The position numbers and the translations under genes are program-made. 62,109 bases of DNA, from the IMG/VR virus record IMGVR_UViG_3300009433_000007; one strand, 5' to 3'. This DNA is from a virus. This document shows positions 47,428-56,257 of the stretch, piece by piece. How positions within the stretch are numbered: the first letter of the stretch is position 1; every line of letters starts with the position of its first letter. The notes beneath the pieces were generated by a model. The model did not search any database. It was given only the letters and a program-made list of their open reading frames with translations, and was not told the origin of the DNA.

Positions 47428-48903
47428 GTGATTGACACGACTGCCAATCTTGTTATATCTAAATCAAACGAAGTATTTTTAAAAATCAATACTGAACCGC
47501 ATATAGAATACGAACTTAGAGACCACTTTAAGTTTGAGGTTCCTAATGCAAAATTTATGCCACAATATCGTGGAAGGAATTGGAACGGAGAGATTCACCT
47601 TTACGATATGCGGTCTAAACAGATCTATGTTGGTCTGTTAGATAAGATTGTTCAGTTCTGTGATAACTACGGATACAGTTATAAGTTTGAAGATAATAAA
47701 TTTTATGGTACACCATTTGAAGAGAATGACAATATCTCTTTAGAAGGTGTCAAGGATTATATGTATTCTATTTGTTCTCATACTCCTCGTAAATACCAAA
47801 TTGAGGGAGTATACGGTGCTCTAAAGCACAATAGAAAGCTATTGATAAGCCCCACTGCTTCTGGCAAATCATTGATGATCTATTCTCTCGTAAGATATTA
47901 CGTAGACCGAGGAGAAAAAATTCTTTTAGTTGTTCCCACGACATCTCTTGTAGAGCAGATGTACAAGGATTTTCTTGATTATGGTTGGGATGCTGATTCA
48001 TATTGTCACAAAATTTATTCTGGTAAGGAAAAGAGTAATGAATCTCCAGTGACAATTACAACTTGGCAATCTGTATATAAACTAGAGAGATCTTTTTTTG
48101 AAGACTATGGTGTTATTATAGGTGATGAAGCACATTTATTCAAGTCTAAATCATTGATTAATATCATGACTAAACTTCATCATGCAAAGTATAGATTTGG
48201 ATTTACTGGTACTTTAGACGGCACACAGACGCACAAGTGGGTATTAGAGGGATTGTTTGGACCATCATACAAAGTAACCAGAACTGATGAGTTGATGAGA
48301 CAGGGACATCTATCTCAGTTAGATATTCAGTGTCTTGTTCTCAAGCATAAACCACAAACGTTTGAAACTTATAATGATGAAATTGAATATCTTATCTCTC
48401 ATGAGCAAAGAAACCGTTTCATTAAAAATCTAGCACTTGACCTTAAAGGAAATACTCTCATTCTTTTTGCAAGAGTCGAAGCACATGGACAGGTTCTCTA
48501 CGATGAGATAAATAATAACAAGCGAGGTGACCGTAAGGTATTTTTTATACATGGCGGAGTAGATGCAGTAGAAAGAGAACAAGTACGAGAAATAACTGAA
48601 AAAGAAAACAACGCCATCATTGTTGCTTCTTATGGAACTTTTAGTACAGGTATCAATATTAAAAAACTCCATAATGTTATCTTTGCCTCTCCAAGTAAGT
48701 CCAGAATCCGCAATCTTCAGAGTATTGGACGAGTTCTTAGAAAAGGAAAAGATAAAGTAAAAGCAACTCTGTATGACATCTCAGATGATTGTTCCACCAA
48801 GTCTAGACGAAATTACACACTCAACCATTTCATAGAAAGAATTAAAACTTATAATGAAGAAAATTTTAATTATGAAATAATCACTATTCAACTAAAAGTA
48901 TGA
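47428..48903 (+). CDS. uvsW: SF2 DNA helicase UvsW
   Basis: SPTASGKS Walker A, DEAH, GFTGT, STGINI, QSIGRVLR. Confidence 0.96.
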   Translation: MIDTTANLVISKSNEVFLKINTEPHIEYELRDHFKFEVPNAKFMPQYRGRNWNGEIHLYDMRSKQIYVGLLDKIVQFCDNYGYSYKFEDNKFYGTPFEENDNISLEGVKDYMYSICSHTPRKYQIEGVYGALKHNRKLLISPTASGKSLMIYSLVRYYVDRGEKILLVVPTTSLVEQMYKDFLDYGWDADSYCHKIYSGKEKSNESPVTITTWQSVYKLERSFFEDYGVIIGDEAHLFKSKSLINIMTKLHHAKYRFGFTGTLDGTQTHKWVLEGLFGPSYKVTRTDELMRQGHLSQLDIQCLVLKHKPQTFETYNDEIEYLISHEQRNRFIKNLALDLKGNTLILFARVEAHGQVLYDEINNNKRGDRKVFFIHGGVDAVEREQVREITEKENNAIIVASYGTFSTGINIKKLHNVIFASPSKSRIRNLQSIGRVLRKGKDKVKATLYDISDDCSTKSRRNYTLNHFIERIKTYNEENFNYEIITIQLKV

Positions 48904-49295
48904 TAGAAGACGATTTTTATGCAACATTAAAACTAAAGACTGGGGAAGAACTTTTTGCAAAAGTTGCTGCCTCAGAAGAAGATGATAGAACGATGCTCAT
49001 CGTTTCTAATCCAATCATTGTTGATGAAATTAAAAGTAAAATGGGTATTGTTGGATATAAGGTAGAACCTTGGTTAAAAACAACCACAGAAGATATGTTC
49101 ATAATTAATATGAACGACGTTCTCACCCTATCAGAATCATCTGATATAGAAATGATTATGATGTATCAAGATTACATAAGGTCTTCTGACAAAACTACTC
49201 CTAACGAATCTAAGATTAATCGTAGAATGGGTAGGATTGGTAATGTCAATGATGTAAAAGAACTATTAGAAAAGATATACAAGAGCAATAGCTAA
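48900..49295 (+). CDS. Hypothetical protein, possible Sm-like fold (131 aa)
   Basis: ATGA overlap with uvsW; LKLKTGEELFAKV motif shared with 61060..61353. Confidence 0.75.
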   Translation: MIEDDFYATLKLKTGEELFAKVAASEEDDRTMLIVSNPIIVDEIKSKMGIVGYKVEPWLKTTTEDMFIINMNDVLTLSESSDIEMIMMYQDYIRSSDKTTPNESKINRRMGRIGNVNDVKELLEKIYKSNS

Positions 49296-49343
49296 GCCAT
49301 TCCTATCAACCTCCACAAAGGTATTCTACTGTATTTTTAGTAC

Positions 49344-49372
49344 TTGTCAAGTGTTTATTAAAATGATATAAT
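49344..49372 (+). promoter_or_regulatory. Sigma70-type promoter for g55-g47-g46
   Basis: TTGTCA (49344-49349), 17 nt, TATAAT (49367-49372), TGn. Confidence 0.75.
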
Positions 49373-49396
49373 TAATAGATATTATGATATAAACTT

Positions 49397-49888
49397 ATGA
49401 TAAGACCCATGGCAAAGAGAAAACGGTCAGAACATTACGTTAACAATAAAGAGTTTTTGGCAGCACTCATCAAGTATCGTGAAGATAAAGAAATTGCTTT
49501 AATTAGAGATCTTCCTAAACCTCCTATCCCTCGCTACATTGGGGAGTGTTTCTTGAAGATTGCAAATCATCTATCATTTAAACCAAACTTCGTCAATTAC
49601 ATGTTTAAAGAGGACATGATCTCTGACGGAATTGAGAACTGCGTTCAGTATATACATAACTTTAACCCAGAGAAATCCCAGAATCCCTTTGCGTATTTCA
49701 CTCAGATTATTCATTACGCTTTTCTGCGTCGTATTCAGCGAGAGAAAAGACAGTTAGAAATCAAGAACAAGATTATTGAACGGTCTGGTTACAGTGAAGT
49801 GTTTGACGACAACAACACTCTTGACGGATCGAATTACAGCGACTATAATAGTATCAAAGACGCTGTGCATTCCAAGCTCCGTAATTGA
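49397..49888 (+). CDS. g55: Late-transcription sigma factor gp55
   Basis: HYVNNKEFL, YIGECFLKIANHLS..PNF.NY...DMISDGIENC, NPFAYFTQI...AFLRRI.REK.Q. Confidence 0.97.
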   Translation: MIRPMAKRKRSEHYVNNKEFLAALIKYREDKEIALIRDLPKPPIPRYIGECFLKIANHLSFKPNFVNYMFKEDMISDGIENCVQYIHNFNPEKSQNPFAYFTQIIHYAFLRRIQREKRQLEIKNKIIERSGYSEVFDDNNTLDGSNYSDYNSIKDAVHSKLRN

Positions 49889-50928
49889 TGAAAGTTGCAA
49901 TCATTACCGATCAACACTTTGGTGCTCGCAAGAACTCTAAGTTATTTCATGACTATTTTCTGAAGTTCTACAATGACGTGTTCTTTCCTTATTTGGAAGA
50001 GCATGGAATTACTACAGTTGTAGATATGGGAGATACCTTCGATAGTCGTAAAGGTATTGATTTTTCTTCTCTTGCTTGGGCAAAAGATAATTATTATGAT
50101 CGTCTTATGGACATGGGAATCCAAGTTCATACTATTGTTGGAAATCATACAGCATATTACAAAAATACTAATGAAGTAAATGCAGTTGATCTTCTTCTTC
50201 GTGAATATCGCAATGTAATTGTTTACTCCGAAACTGTTGAAGTTAAACTGGATAAATTAAAAGTATTGTTTATTCCGTGGATTAATAAGGAAAATGAAGA
50301 AAGCACTTTTAAACTTATTAAAGGTTCAACTTGCAAGTGCGCGATGGGGCACCTTGAGCTTAACGGATTTAGAGCTCATAGAGGGTGCGTCATGGACCAT
50401 GGTCATGCAAGCGAATTATATTCAGAGTTCACCAAGGTCTTCAGCGGTCACTACCACACTCGATCGGATGATGGACGGATCTATTACCTGGGAAATCCAT
50501 ACGAAATGTTCTGGAACGATTGCAGTGATAGGAGAGGATTCACCATCTTTGATACAGAAACTCTGGAACATTTTCACGTAGATAATCCTTATAGACTTTT
50601 TTATAATATCTATTATGAAGATACTCCGCATCAACTCTTTGATTCTAGTGAGTATGAGAACAAAATTGTAAAGGTAATTGTTCGTAAGAAAACTGATACG
50701 AAAAACTTTGAAAAGTTTATTGATAAATTGTACTCCAGTGGAGTTGCAGATTTAAAAGTAGTAGAGAGTTTCGTCTTACAAGAGTCTGAAGAGTTTGAAG
50801 TCTTTGAATCTGAGGATACTCTGTCTATCTTGGATAGATATATTCAAGAAGCAGAAATCGATCTTGATAAAACGGTCATCCAGAATATAATGAAGGAGAC
50901 CTATCAAGAAGCATGTGAACTGATTTGA
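49888..50928 (+). CDS. g47: Recombination endonuclease gp47 (Mre11/SbcD-like)
   Basis: ITDQHFG, MGDTFD, IVGNH, MGHLE and FSGHYH metallophosphoesterase motifs. Confidence 0.96.
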   Translation: MKVAIITDQHFGARKNSKLFHDYFLKFYNDVFFPYLEEHGITTVVDMGDTFDSRKGIDFSSLAWAKDNYYDRLMDMGIQVHTIVGNHTAYYKNTNEVNAVDLLLREYRNVIVYSETVEVKLDKLKVLFIPWINKENEESTFKLIKGSTCKCAMGHLELNGFRAHRGCVMDHGHASELYSEFTKVFSGHYHTRSDDGRIYYLGNPYEMFWNDCSDRRGFTIFDTETLEHFHVDNPYRLFYNIYYEDTPHQLFDSSEYENKIVKVIVRKKTDTKNFEKFIDKLYSSGVADLKVVESFVLQESEEFEVFESEDTLSILDRYIQEAEIDLDKTVIQNIMKETYQEACELI

Positions 50929-50929
50929 G

Positions 50930-51202
50930 ATGTATATATTAACGATCTATGGAAAAGAAACTGATGGAGCATATTCGGTAGTAGATGATGAAGGAGAACA
51001 GATTCTTTATCTGTTTGAAGGCGAAGACGATGCCATGAGATATGCTATGATGCTAGAGGACGAAGGTAGTCCCGATATGCATGTCATAGAAATTGAAGAT
51101 AAGATAATGATAAAAACATGCGAAATGCATGACTATAAGTATGCTATCATTAGCAAAAACGACCTTGTAATTCCTCCTAAAGAGACACATGATTTTATTT
51201 GA
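50930..51202 (+). CDS. Hypothetical protein (90 aa), DUF3110-like
   Basis: GAYSV...ILYLFE.EDDA.RYA.ML pattern; between g47 and g46. Confidence 0.65.
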   Translation: MYILTIYGKETDGAYSVVDDEGEQILYLFEGEDDAMRYAMMLEDEGSPDMHVIEIEDKIMIKTCEMHDYKYAIISKNDLVIPPKETHDFI

Positions 51203-52901
51203 AAAGGTTCGTTGGAAGAACTTTTTATCAACTGGAAACCAATATACTGAAATTTGTTTCACAGAGAACACCACTAATATTGTTATCGGCACTAACGGTG
51301 CAGGTAAGAGTACAGTATTAGATGCTCTTTGCTTTTCCTTATTTGGAAAACCTTTTCGTAAAATCAATAAACCTCAACTTGTTAACTCTGTCAATGAAAA
51401 GGACTGTAATGTAGAAGTTGAATTTTCTATTGGTAGTGTGGAATGGAAAGTTGTGCGAGGAATCAAACCAAACCTGTTTGAAATCTATCGCGATGGTAAT
51501 CTTCTTAATCAATCTGCAGCAGCATTAGACCAACAGAAATGGTTGGAGCAGAATGTTTTGAAGATGAACTATAAATCTTTTACTCAGATTGTAATTTTGG
51601 GTAGCAGCACCTTCGTGCCTTTCATGCAATTGACTGCTGCTAATCGTAGAGAAGTTATTGAGGACCTTCTTGATATTAGAATATTTTCATCAATGAATAA
51701 TCTAATCAAAGATAAGATTCGTAGTGTCAAAGAAGAAGTTAAAGTCTTTGAATTGAAGAAAGATTCTCTTTCCGATAAAGTAAATATGCAGGAGAACTTT
51801 ATCGAAGAACTTGAGAGTCGTGGAAAAGAGAATGTAAAGAATAAAGAAAGTAAGATTCAAGAACTTCTTGTCGAAGAGAATAACTTGATGAATGGTAATG
51901 CTGTCATAGAAGAAGATGTATTTAAATTGAATAAAGAGATTGAAGAAGTAACTGGAGCAACTAGTAAACTTCGCAAACTAGGAAATCTTAAAGGTAAGAT
52001 TTCTAACAAAGTATCAACTATTACTAAGGAACATAAATTTTTTACAGAGAATACGGTCTGCCCCACCTGTAATCAAGACATTGAAGAGACCTTCAGAATA
52101 AATAGGATTAACGACGCTCAAAATAAAGCGAAAGAGTTGCAATCTGGTTATAAAGAACTAGAGCAGGCAATTAAAGAAGAAGAAGAGCGAGAGCGTCAAT
52201 TCACAATTCTATCTAAGGAGATTACTACACTCACACATGGCATTTCTCAAAACAATACTAAGATCGCTGGATGTCAACGGCAAGTCAGGGATCTGGAATC
52301 GGAAATTCAAAGAATTGCCGATAACATTGCAAACAGAAATACTGAGAATGAAAAGTTAGCAACCTTCAAGGATAATTTACAAACTACATACGAAGAACTC
52401 GCTCAACGAAAAGATACGATTAACTATTACGATTTTTCGTATAGTTTGCTGAAAGACGGTGGAGTCAAGACTAAAATTATTAAGAAGTATCTTCCTCTGA
52501 TAAATCAGCAAGTCAATAAGTATCTACAACTTATGGACTTTTATATTAACTTCTCTCTTGATGAGGAGTTTAACGAAACTGTCCAGTCCCCAATTCACGA
52601 AAACTTTTCTTATGCTTCTTTCAGCGAGGGAGAGAAGATGAGAATTGATTTGGCATTATTGTTTACCTGGAGAGAGGTAGCAAGAATGAAGAACTCTGTC
52701 AACACAAATCTACTCATAATGGATGAGGTATTTGATAGTTCTTTGGATGGTCTTGGTACAGAAGACTTTTTAAAAATTATTAGATTTATTGTCAAAGACG
52801 CAAATATATTTGTTATCTCGCATAAGGAGTCTCTGCATGATAAGTTTGATCAGGTAATAAAATTTGAAAAGGTAAAGGGATTTAGTAGGATGGCTCTTTA
52901 A
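51189..52901 (+). CDS. g46: Recombination ATPase gp46 (Rad50/SbcC-like)
   Basis: GTNGAGKST Walker A, CPTC zinc hook, FSEGEKMR signature, IMDEVFDSSLD, ISH. Confidence 0.97.
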   Translation: MILFEKVRWKNFLSTGNQYTEICFTENTTNIVIGTNGAGKSTVLDALCFSLFGKPFRKINKPQLVNSVNEKDCNVEVEFSIGSVEWKVVRGIKPNLFEIYRDGNLLNQSAAALDQQKWLEQNVLKMNYKSFTQIVILGSSTFVPFMQLTAANRREVIEDLLDIRIFSSMNNLIKDKIRSVKEEVKVFELKKDSLSDKVNMQENFIEELESRGKENVKNKESKIQELLVEENNLMNGNAVIEEDVFKLNKEIEEVTGATSKLRKLGNLKGKISNKVSTITKEHKFFTENTVCPTCNQDIEETFRINRINDAQNKAKELQSGYKELEQAIKEEEERERQFTILSKEITTLTHGISQNNTKIAGCQRQVRDLESEIQRIADNIANRNTENEKLATFKDNLQTTYEELAQRKDTINYYDFSYSLLKDGGVKTKIIKKYLPLINQQVNKYLQLMDFYINFSLDEEFNETVQSPIHENFSYASFSEGEKMRIDLALLFTWREVARMKNSVNTNLLIMDEVFDSSLDGLGTEDFLKIIRFIVKDANIFVISHKESLHDKFDQVIKFEKVKGFSRMAL

Positions 52902-53524
52902 TGCCTACTTTTATCCATAAGGATACGAGTAAGAAAGTATTCTTTGCCCACATACCTAGAACAGCTGGAAGATTTGTAGAAGCAAACCTTCTTGCTAATG
53001 GATTTGAGTGGGGAGAAAGTCATATGGATACTGGTCTTGGGGTTATGTCTGTAGTCAATGGTGTGGAGATCGCACACTATCATCGTGACCACTATCATAA
53101 TTATTTGGATGTAGAAAATATTCCACATTTCTCTATTGTTAGAAGTCCTATCACCAGATTTATTTCTGGTTCGGTTTATCTAAAGAGAACATATGGAAAT
53201 GATATTCAATCAGTCATGGAAGACCCCATGATGTTTGCATCAATGATTCAGAATCTTCCCTTTGAGGGAGCATGGAATTGGTACAGACCACAGACTGATT
53301 TTCTGACTAACAAGACTCACGTCTGGAAATTTGAAGATAATATTGGTGATGAGTTTGTGTCTTGGTTGAGTGAGATTATCGGAGTTGACCTGAAGTTTCG
53401 GGATGATATTGATTATCCTAAGTCTGGAGATGAAGGAAATAAATTGAAGGGTAGTCCAGCATTAGAGGTGAACATTCGTTCTTGCTATAGAAAAGACTTT
53501 GAAGTTTTGTATAAAGATGTATAG
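52901..53524 (+). CDS. Putative PAPS-dependent sulfotransferase (Sulfotransfer_2-like)
   Basis: FAHIPRTAG (5'-phosphosulfate-binding-like) and IVRSPITRFISG (3'-phosphate-binding-like) motifs. Confidence 0.65.
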   Translation: MPTFIHKDTSKKVFFAHIPRTAGRFVEANLLANGFEWGESHMDTGLGVMSVVNGVEIAHYHRDHYHNYLDVENIPHFSIVRSPITRFISGSVYLKRTYGNDIQSVMEDPMMFASMIQNLPFEGAWNWYRPQTDFLTNKTHVWKFEDNIGDEFVSWLSEIIGVDLKFRDDIDYPKSGDEGNKLKGSPALEVNIRSCYRKDFEVLYKDV

Positions 53525-53570
53525 ATTATATTAAGTATAACAAGAACTTCATTAAGTTAGCATACGCACA

Positions 53571-53577
53571 CTAAATA
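53571..53577 (+). promoter_or_regulatory. Late-type promoter
   Basis: CTAAATA in the intergenic gap. Confidence 0.5.
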
Positions 53578-53641
53578 ATAACAGAATTGGAGAAATGGAT
53601 GTAGTAAACTCTCTTTATTATTTTTTCATGAGGAGGACATC

Positions 53642-53827
53642 ATGCACAATCTAGTATCATTTAATCAATTAGCAGACTGGACTAGGAGTCTTAACAAACT
53701 TAGTAAAACTTTAGACACTACAATGGAGGAGAGCGATCAAATCAACGATTATTACGAATGTTTAATCGACTGTAGTGATAACCAAGCAACATGTAAACGA
53801 ATTTGCAGACCAATTTTAACGACCTGA
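53642..53827 (+). CDS. Small twin-Cx3C protein (61 aa)
   Basis: GAGGAGG RBS; C-terminal CLIDC-x6-CKRIC. Confidence 0.8.
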   Translation: MHNLVSFNQLADWTRSLNKLSKTLDTTMEESDQINDYYECLIDCSDNQATCKRICRPILTT

Positions 53828-53847
53828 CCGAGACCAACCAATTGGAG

Positions 53848-53893
53848 AACTGTCACCTAATACCCCTGCCGTAAGGTGGGGGTTTGGTATTAT
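53848..53893 (+). promoter_or_regulatory. AACTGTCAC motif, GC hairpin and extended -10 (promoter and/or terminator)
   Basis: TGTCAC 53851-53856; ACCCCTGCC-GTAA-GGTGGGGGT 53862-53883; TG-g-TATTAT 53885-53893. Confidence 0.6.
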
Positions 53894-53914
53894 AGGTACA
53901 TACGAGACAAACCT

Positions 53915-56056
53915 ATGGCAGTCAAGCACGAAATCAAATCACAACTTGCTAAACTTCTTGCTACTGAGGATTTGATTGTAGAGCATAAGAACTGTGAGAC
54001 TGCCTGCTTTAATGTTCACACCCGTGTTCTGACTCTTCCCATGTGGGACAAGGCAAGTAACACCGTATACGATCTTCTGGTGGGTCATGAGGTGGGACAT
54101 GCACTATTCACGCCAGATGAAAACTGGTTAGAGAAAGTAGCAATTCCTCCCCAGTTTGTGAACGTAGTTGAAGATGCTCGCATTGAAAAAATGATGAAGC
54201 GCAAATATGCTGGACTAGCAAAAACTTTCTACCATGGCTACAAGGAACTACAAGCAGAAGACTTTTTCTCTATATCTGACAGCAATGTTGCTGATCTTAA
54301 TCTTGCTGATCGTGCAAATTTATACTTTAAGGTCGGTAATTTTGTAGATTGTTGCTTCAAAACATTTGAAGAAAAAATAATCATTCAAAAAATTTCTGAG
54401 ACAGAAACGTTTGATGATGTATTGAGAGTTGCTGAAGAATTGTATCTGCACTGTAAGAATGAGAAGGAAGAAGAAAAAGTAGATGATATGCCAATGCCAC
54501 CTAATGAAATGGGTGGAGAGTCTGAACAACCTGCAAATGAACCAGTAGAGCAGCAGAATTCTCCTGGAGAGGGTTCTGGTGACTCCATGACTCATGAGGA
54601 AATGCTTGAAGAGGCACAACGTAGGGAATCTGCTTCTGCTACCTTAAATGATGAGCCTGAAATTCAAACTGCTGATGCCCTCCAAGAAAACCTGCAAGAT
54701 CTTGTAGACACTGATAGTCGTGAGAACGTGTATGTTGAGATTCCTCAGGTTGATTTGAAGTATATTATTGCCAAGAACGAAGATATTCATAAAGAGATTA
54801 ATGGGTGGTTTAATCATCAGAACAATCAGTTCACCCATAATATTTTTGAGAGTAGTGATGGAGAGTTTGTCAAGTTCAAACGTAATGCTCAGAAAGAAGT
54901 TAACTATCTTGTGAAAGAGTTTGAGTGTCGCAAGGCAGCAGATTCTTATGCCCGTGCTACCACTGCTCGTACTGGTGTCCTTGATACCTCTAAATTGCAT
55001 ACGTACAAGTACAATGAAGACTTATTCAAGAAAGTTTCTGTGATTCCTGATGGTAAGAATCATGGTCTGATTTTTGTACTTGACTGGAGTGGGTCTATGA
55101 GTCGTGTAATGCTGGATACAATCAAGCAACTCTACAACTTAATTTGGTTTTGTAAGAAGGTCTCTATTCCCTTTGAGGTGTATGCTTTCACAAATGAATG
55201 GAAGAGACCTGAAGTTAATTATGAAACTGGTGATATGATAAAATCAGCAGATTGGACTTCTTCATATGAAAAGAAAGAGAATCTTCTCTCTGTCCATGAA
55301 CAGTTCTCTATGATGAATTTGTTAACTAGCAAGACTAATGGTAAACAACTTGAGAATCAGATGATTAATATCTGGCGTATTGCAAAATCCTTCAGCAATT
55401 ACTATGGTTCTCCTTATTCTGTTCCTTCTCGTTTAGGTCTGTCTGGCACTCCTCTGAACGAAGCATTTGTATGTCTTCACCAGATTCTTCCTCAGTTCCA
55501 GAAGCAGAACAAACTACAGAAGGTTCAGTGTATTGTCCTGACTGATGGTGAAGCAAATCATCTTTCTAGACATGTTGAAGTTCAACGTCGATGGGAGAAA
55601 GAACCTTATATGGGAACTCGTCAGTTATCTGGTGGTGTTACCTTCCTTAGGGATAGGAAGACTGGTAATACTTATCGAGTTCCGTATGGTTGGCATGGTT
55701 TCACTGATTTGATGATTGAAAACCTGCGTGACAATTTCCCTTCTGTCAACTTTGTAGGTATTCGTGTTCTTGAGGGTCGCGATGCAAATCATTTCATGAA
55801 ACTGTATTACGATCAAAATTCTGATGACTTCCGTAAGATTCAGAGTGAATGGAAAAAGCAGCGGAGTTGCAACATTAAGACCTCTGGTTATCATGCATAC
55901 TTTGCGATGTCTGCCGCTTCTCTATCTCAAGATGCAGACTTTGAAGTTGATGATGGTGCTACCAAAGCAAGAATTAAATCTGCCTTCATTAAATCTTTGA
56001 AGACTAAGAAACTAAATAAAAAAGTTCTTGGAGAATTCATTTCCTTAGTAGCATGA
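53915..56056 (+). CDS. HExxH metallopeptidase-like plus VWA-domain protein (CobT-like partner of the AAA+ ATPase)
   Basis: LLVGHEVGHALFT, NVVEDARIE, MIDAS FVLDWSGSM, LSGTPLN, IVLTDGE; ATG53915 (the track's GTG53876 lies in the hairpin). Confidence 0.8.
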   Translation: MAVKHEIKSQLAKLLATEDLIVEHKNCETACFNVHTRVLTLPMWDKASNTVYDLLVGHEVGHALFTPDENWLEKVAIPPQFVNVVEDARIEKMMKRKYAGLAKTFYHGYKELQAEDFFSISDSNVADLNLADRANLYFKVGNFVDCCFKTFEEKIIIQKISETETFDDVLRVAEELYLHCKNEKEEEKVDDMPMPPNEMGGESEQPANEPVEQQNSPGEGSGDSMTHEEMLEEAQRRESASATLNDEPEIQTADALQENLQDLVDTDSRENVYVEIPQVDLKYIIAKNEDIHKEINGWFNHQNNQFTHNIFESSDGEFVKFKRNAQKEVNYLVKEFECRKAADSYARATTARTGVLDTSKLHTYKYNEDLFKKVSVIPDGKNHGLIFVLDWSGSMSRVMLDTIKQLYNLIWFCKKVSIPFEVYAFTNEWKRPEVNYETGDMIKSADWTSSYEKKENLLSVHEQFSMMNLLTSKTNGKQLENQMINIWRIAKSFSNYYGSPYSVPSRLGLSGTPLNEAFVCLHQILPQFQKQNKLQKVQCIVLTDGEANHLSRHVEVQRRWEKEPYMGTRQLSGGVTFLRDRKTGNTYRVPYGWHGFTDLMIENLRDNFPSVNFVGIRVLEGRDANHFMKLYYDQNSDDFRKIQSEWKKQRSCNIKTSGYHAYFAMSAASLSQDADFEVDDGATKARIKSAFIKSLKTKKLNKKVLGEFISLVA

Positions 56057-56196
56057 AAATGAATTGGAAAGAAATCGCACTTCAGTGTGAAAGCGATCCT
56101 AAAGTAAGAAAGGTCCTTAAAGAAGGTCCAAAGAGTCTTGCTCAGGCATGGATGATGCAGGCAATGAAATTCAAATATAGACAATATGAAAGGTGA
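56053..56196 (+). CDS. 47-aa hypothetical protein (absent from the ORF track)
   Basis: Manual translation MKMNWKEIALQCESDPKVRKVLKEGPKSLAQAWMMQAMKFKYRQYER; ATGA overlap with the upstream stop. Confidence 0.7.
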   Translation: MKMNWKEIALQCESDPKVRKVLKEGPKSLAQAWMMQAMKFKYRQYER

Positions 56197-56235
56197 CACA
56201 AGGCGGGTTTGAGACCCGCTTTTTTCGATTATAAT
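56193..56235 (+). promoter_or_regulatory. GTGACAC motif, GC hairpin/T tract and -10 box upstream of the AAA+ gene
   Basis: GTGACAC 56193-56199; GCGGGT-ttgag-ACCCGC 56203-56219 plus T6; TATAAT 56230-56235. Confidence 0.6.
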
Positions 56236-56257
56236 AACTTCAGTTCAAACAAACCAA

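Noticed and set aside
35671-48903. Inteins or group I introns in g17, g20, g23 or uvsW
   Set aside because: All are uninterrupted, of ordinary length, and lack splicing or homing-endonuclease motifs.
53642-53827. CP12 (Calvin-cycle inhibitor AMG)
   Set aside because: It lacks the AWD.VEEL core and the C-terminal Cx8C motif; the Cys spacing is Cx3C-x6-Cx3C.
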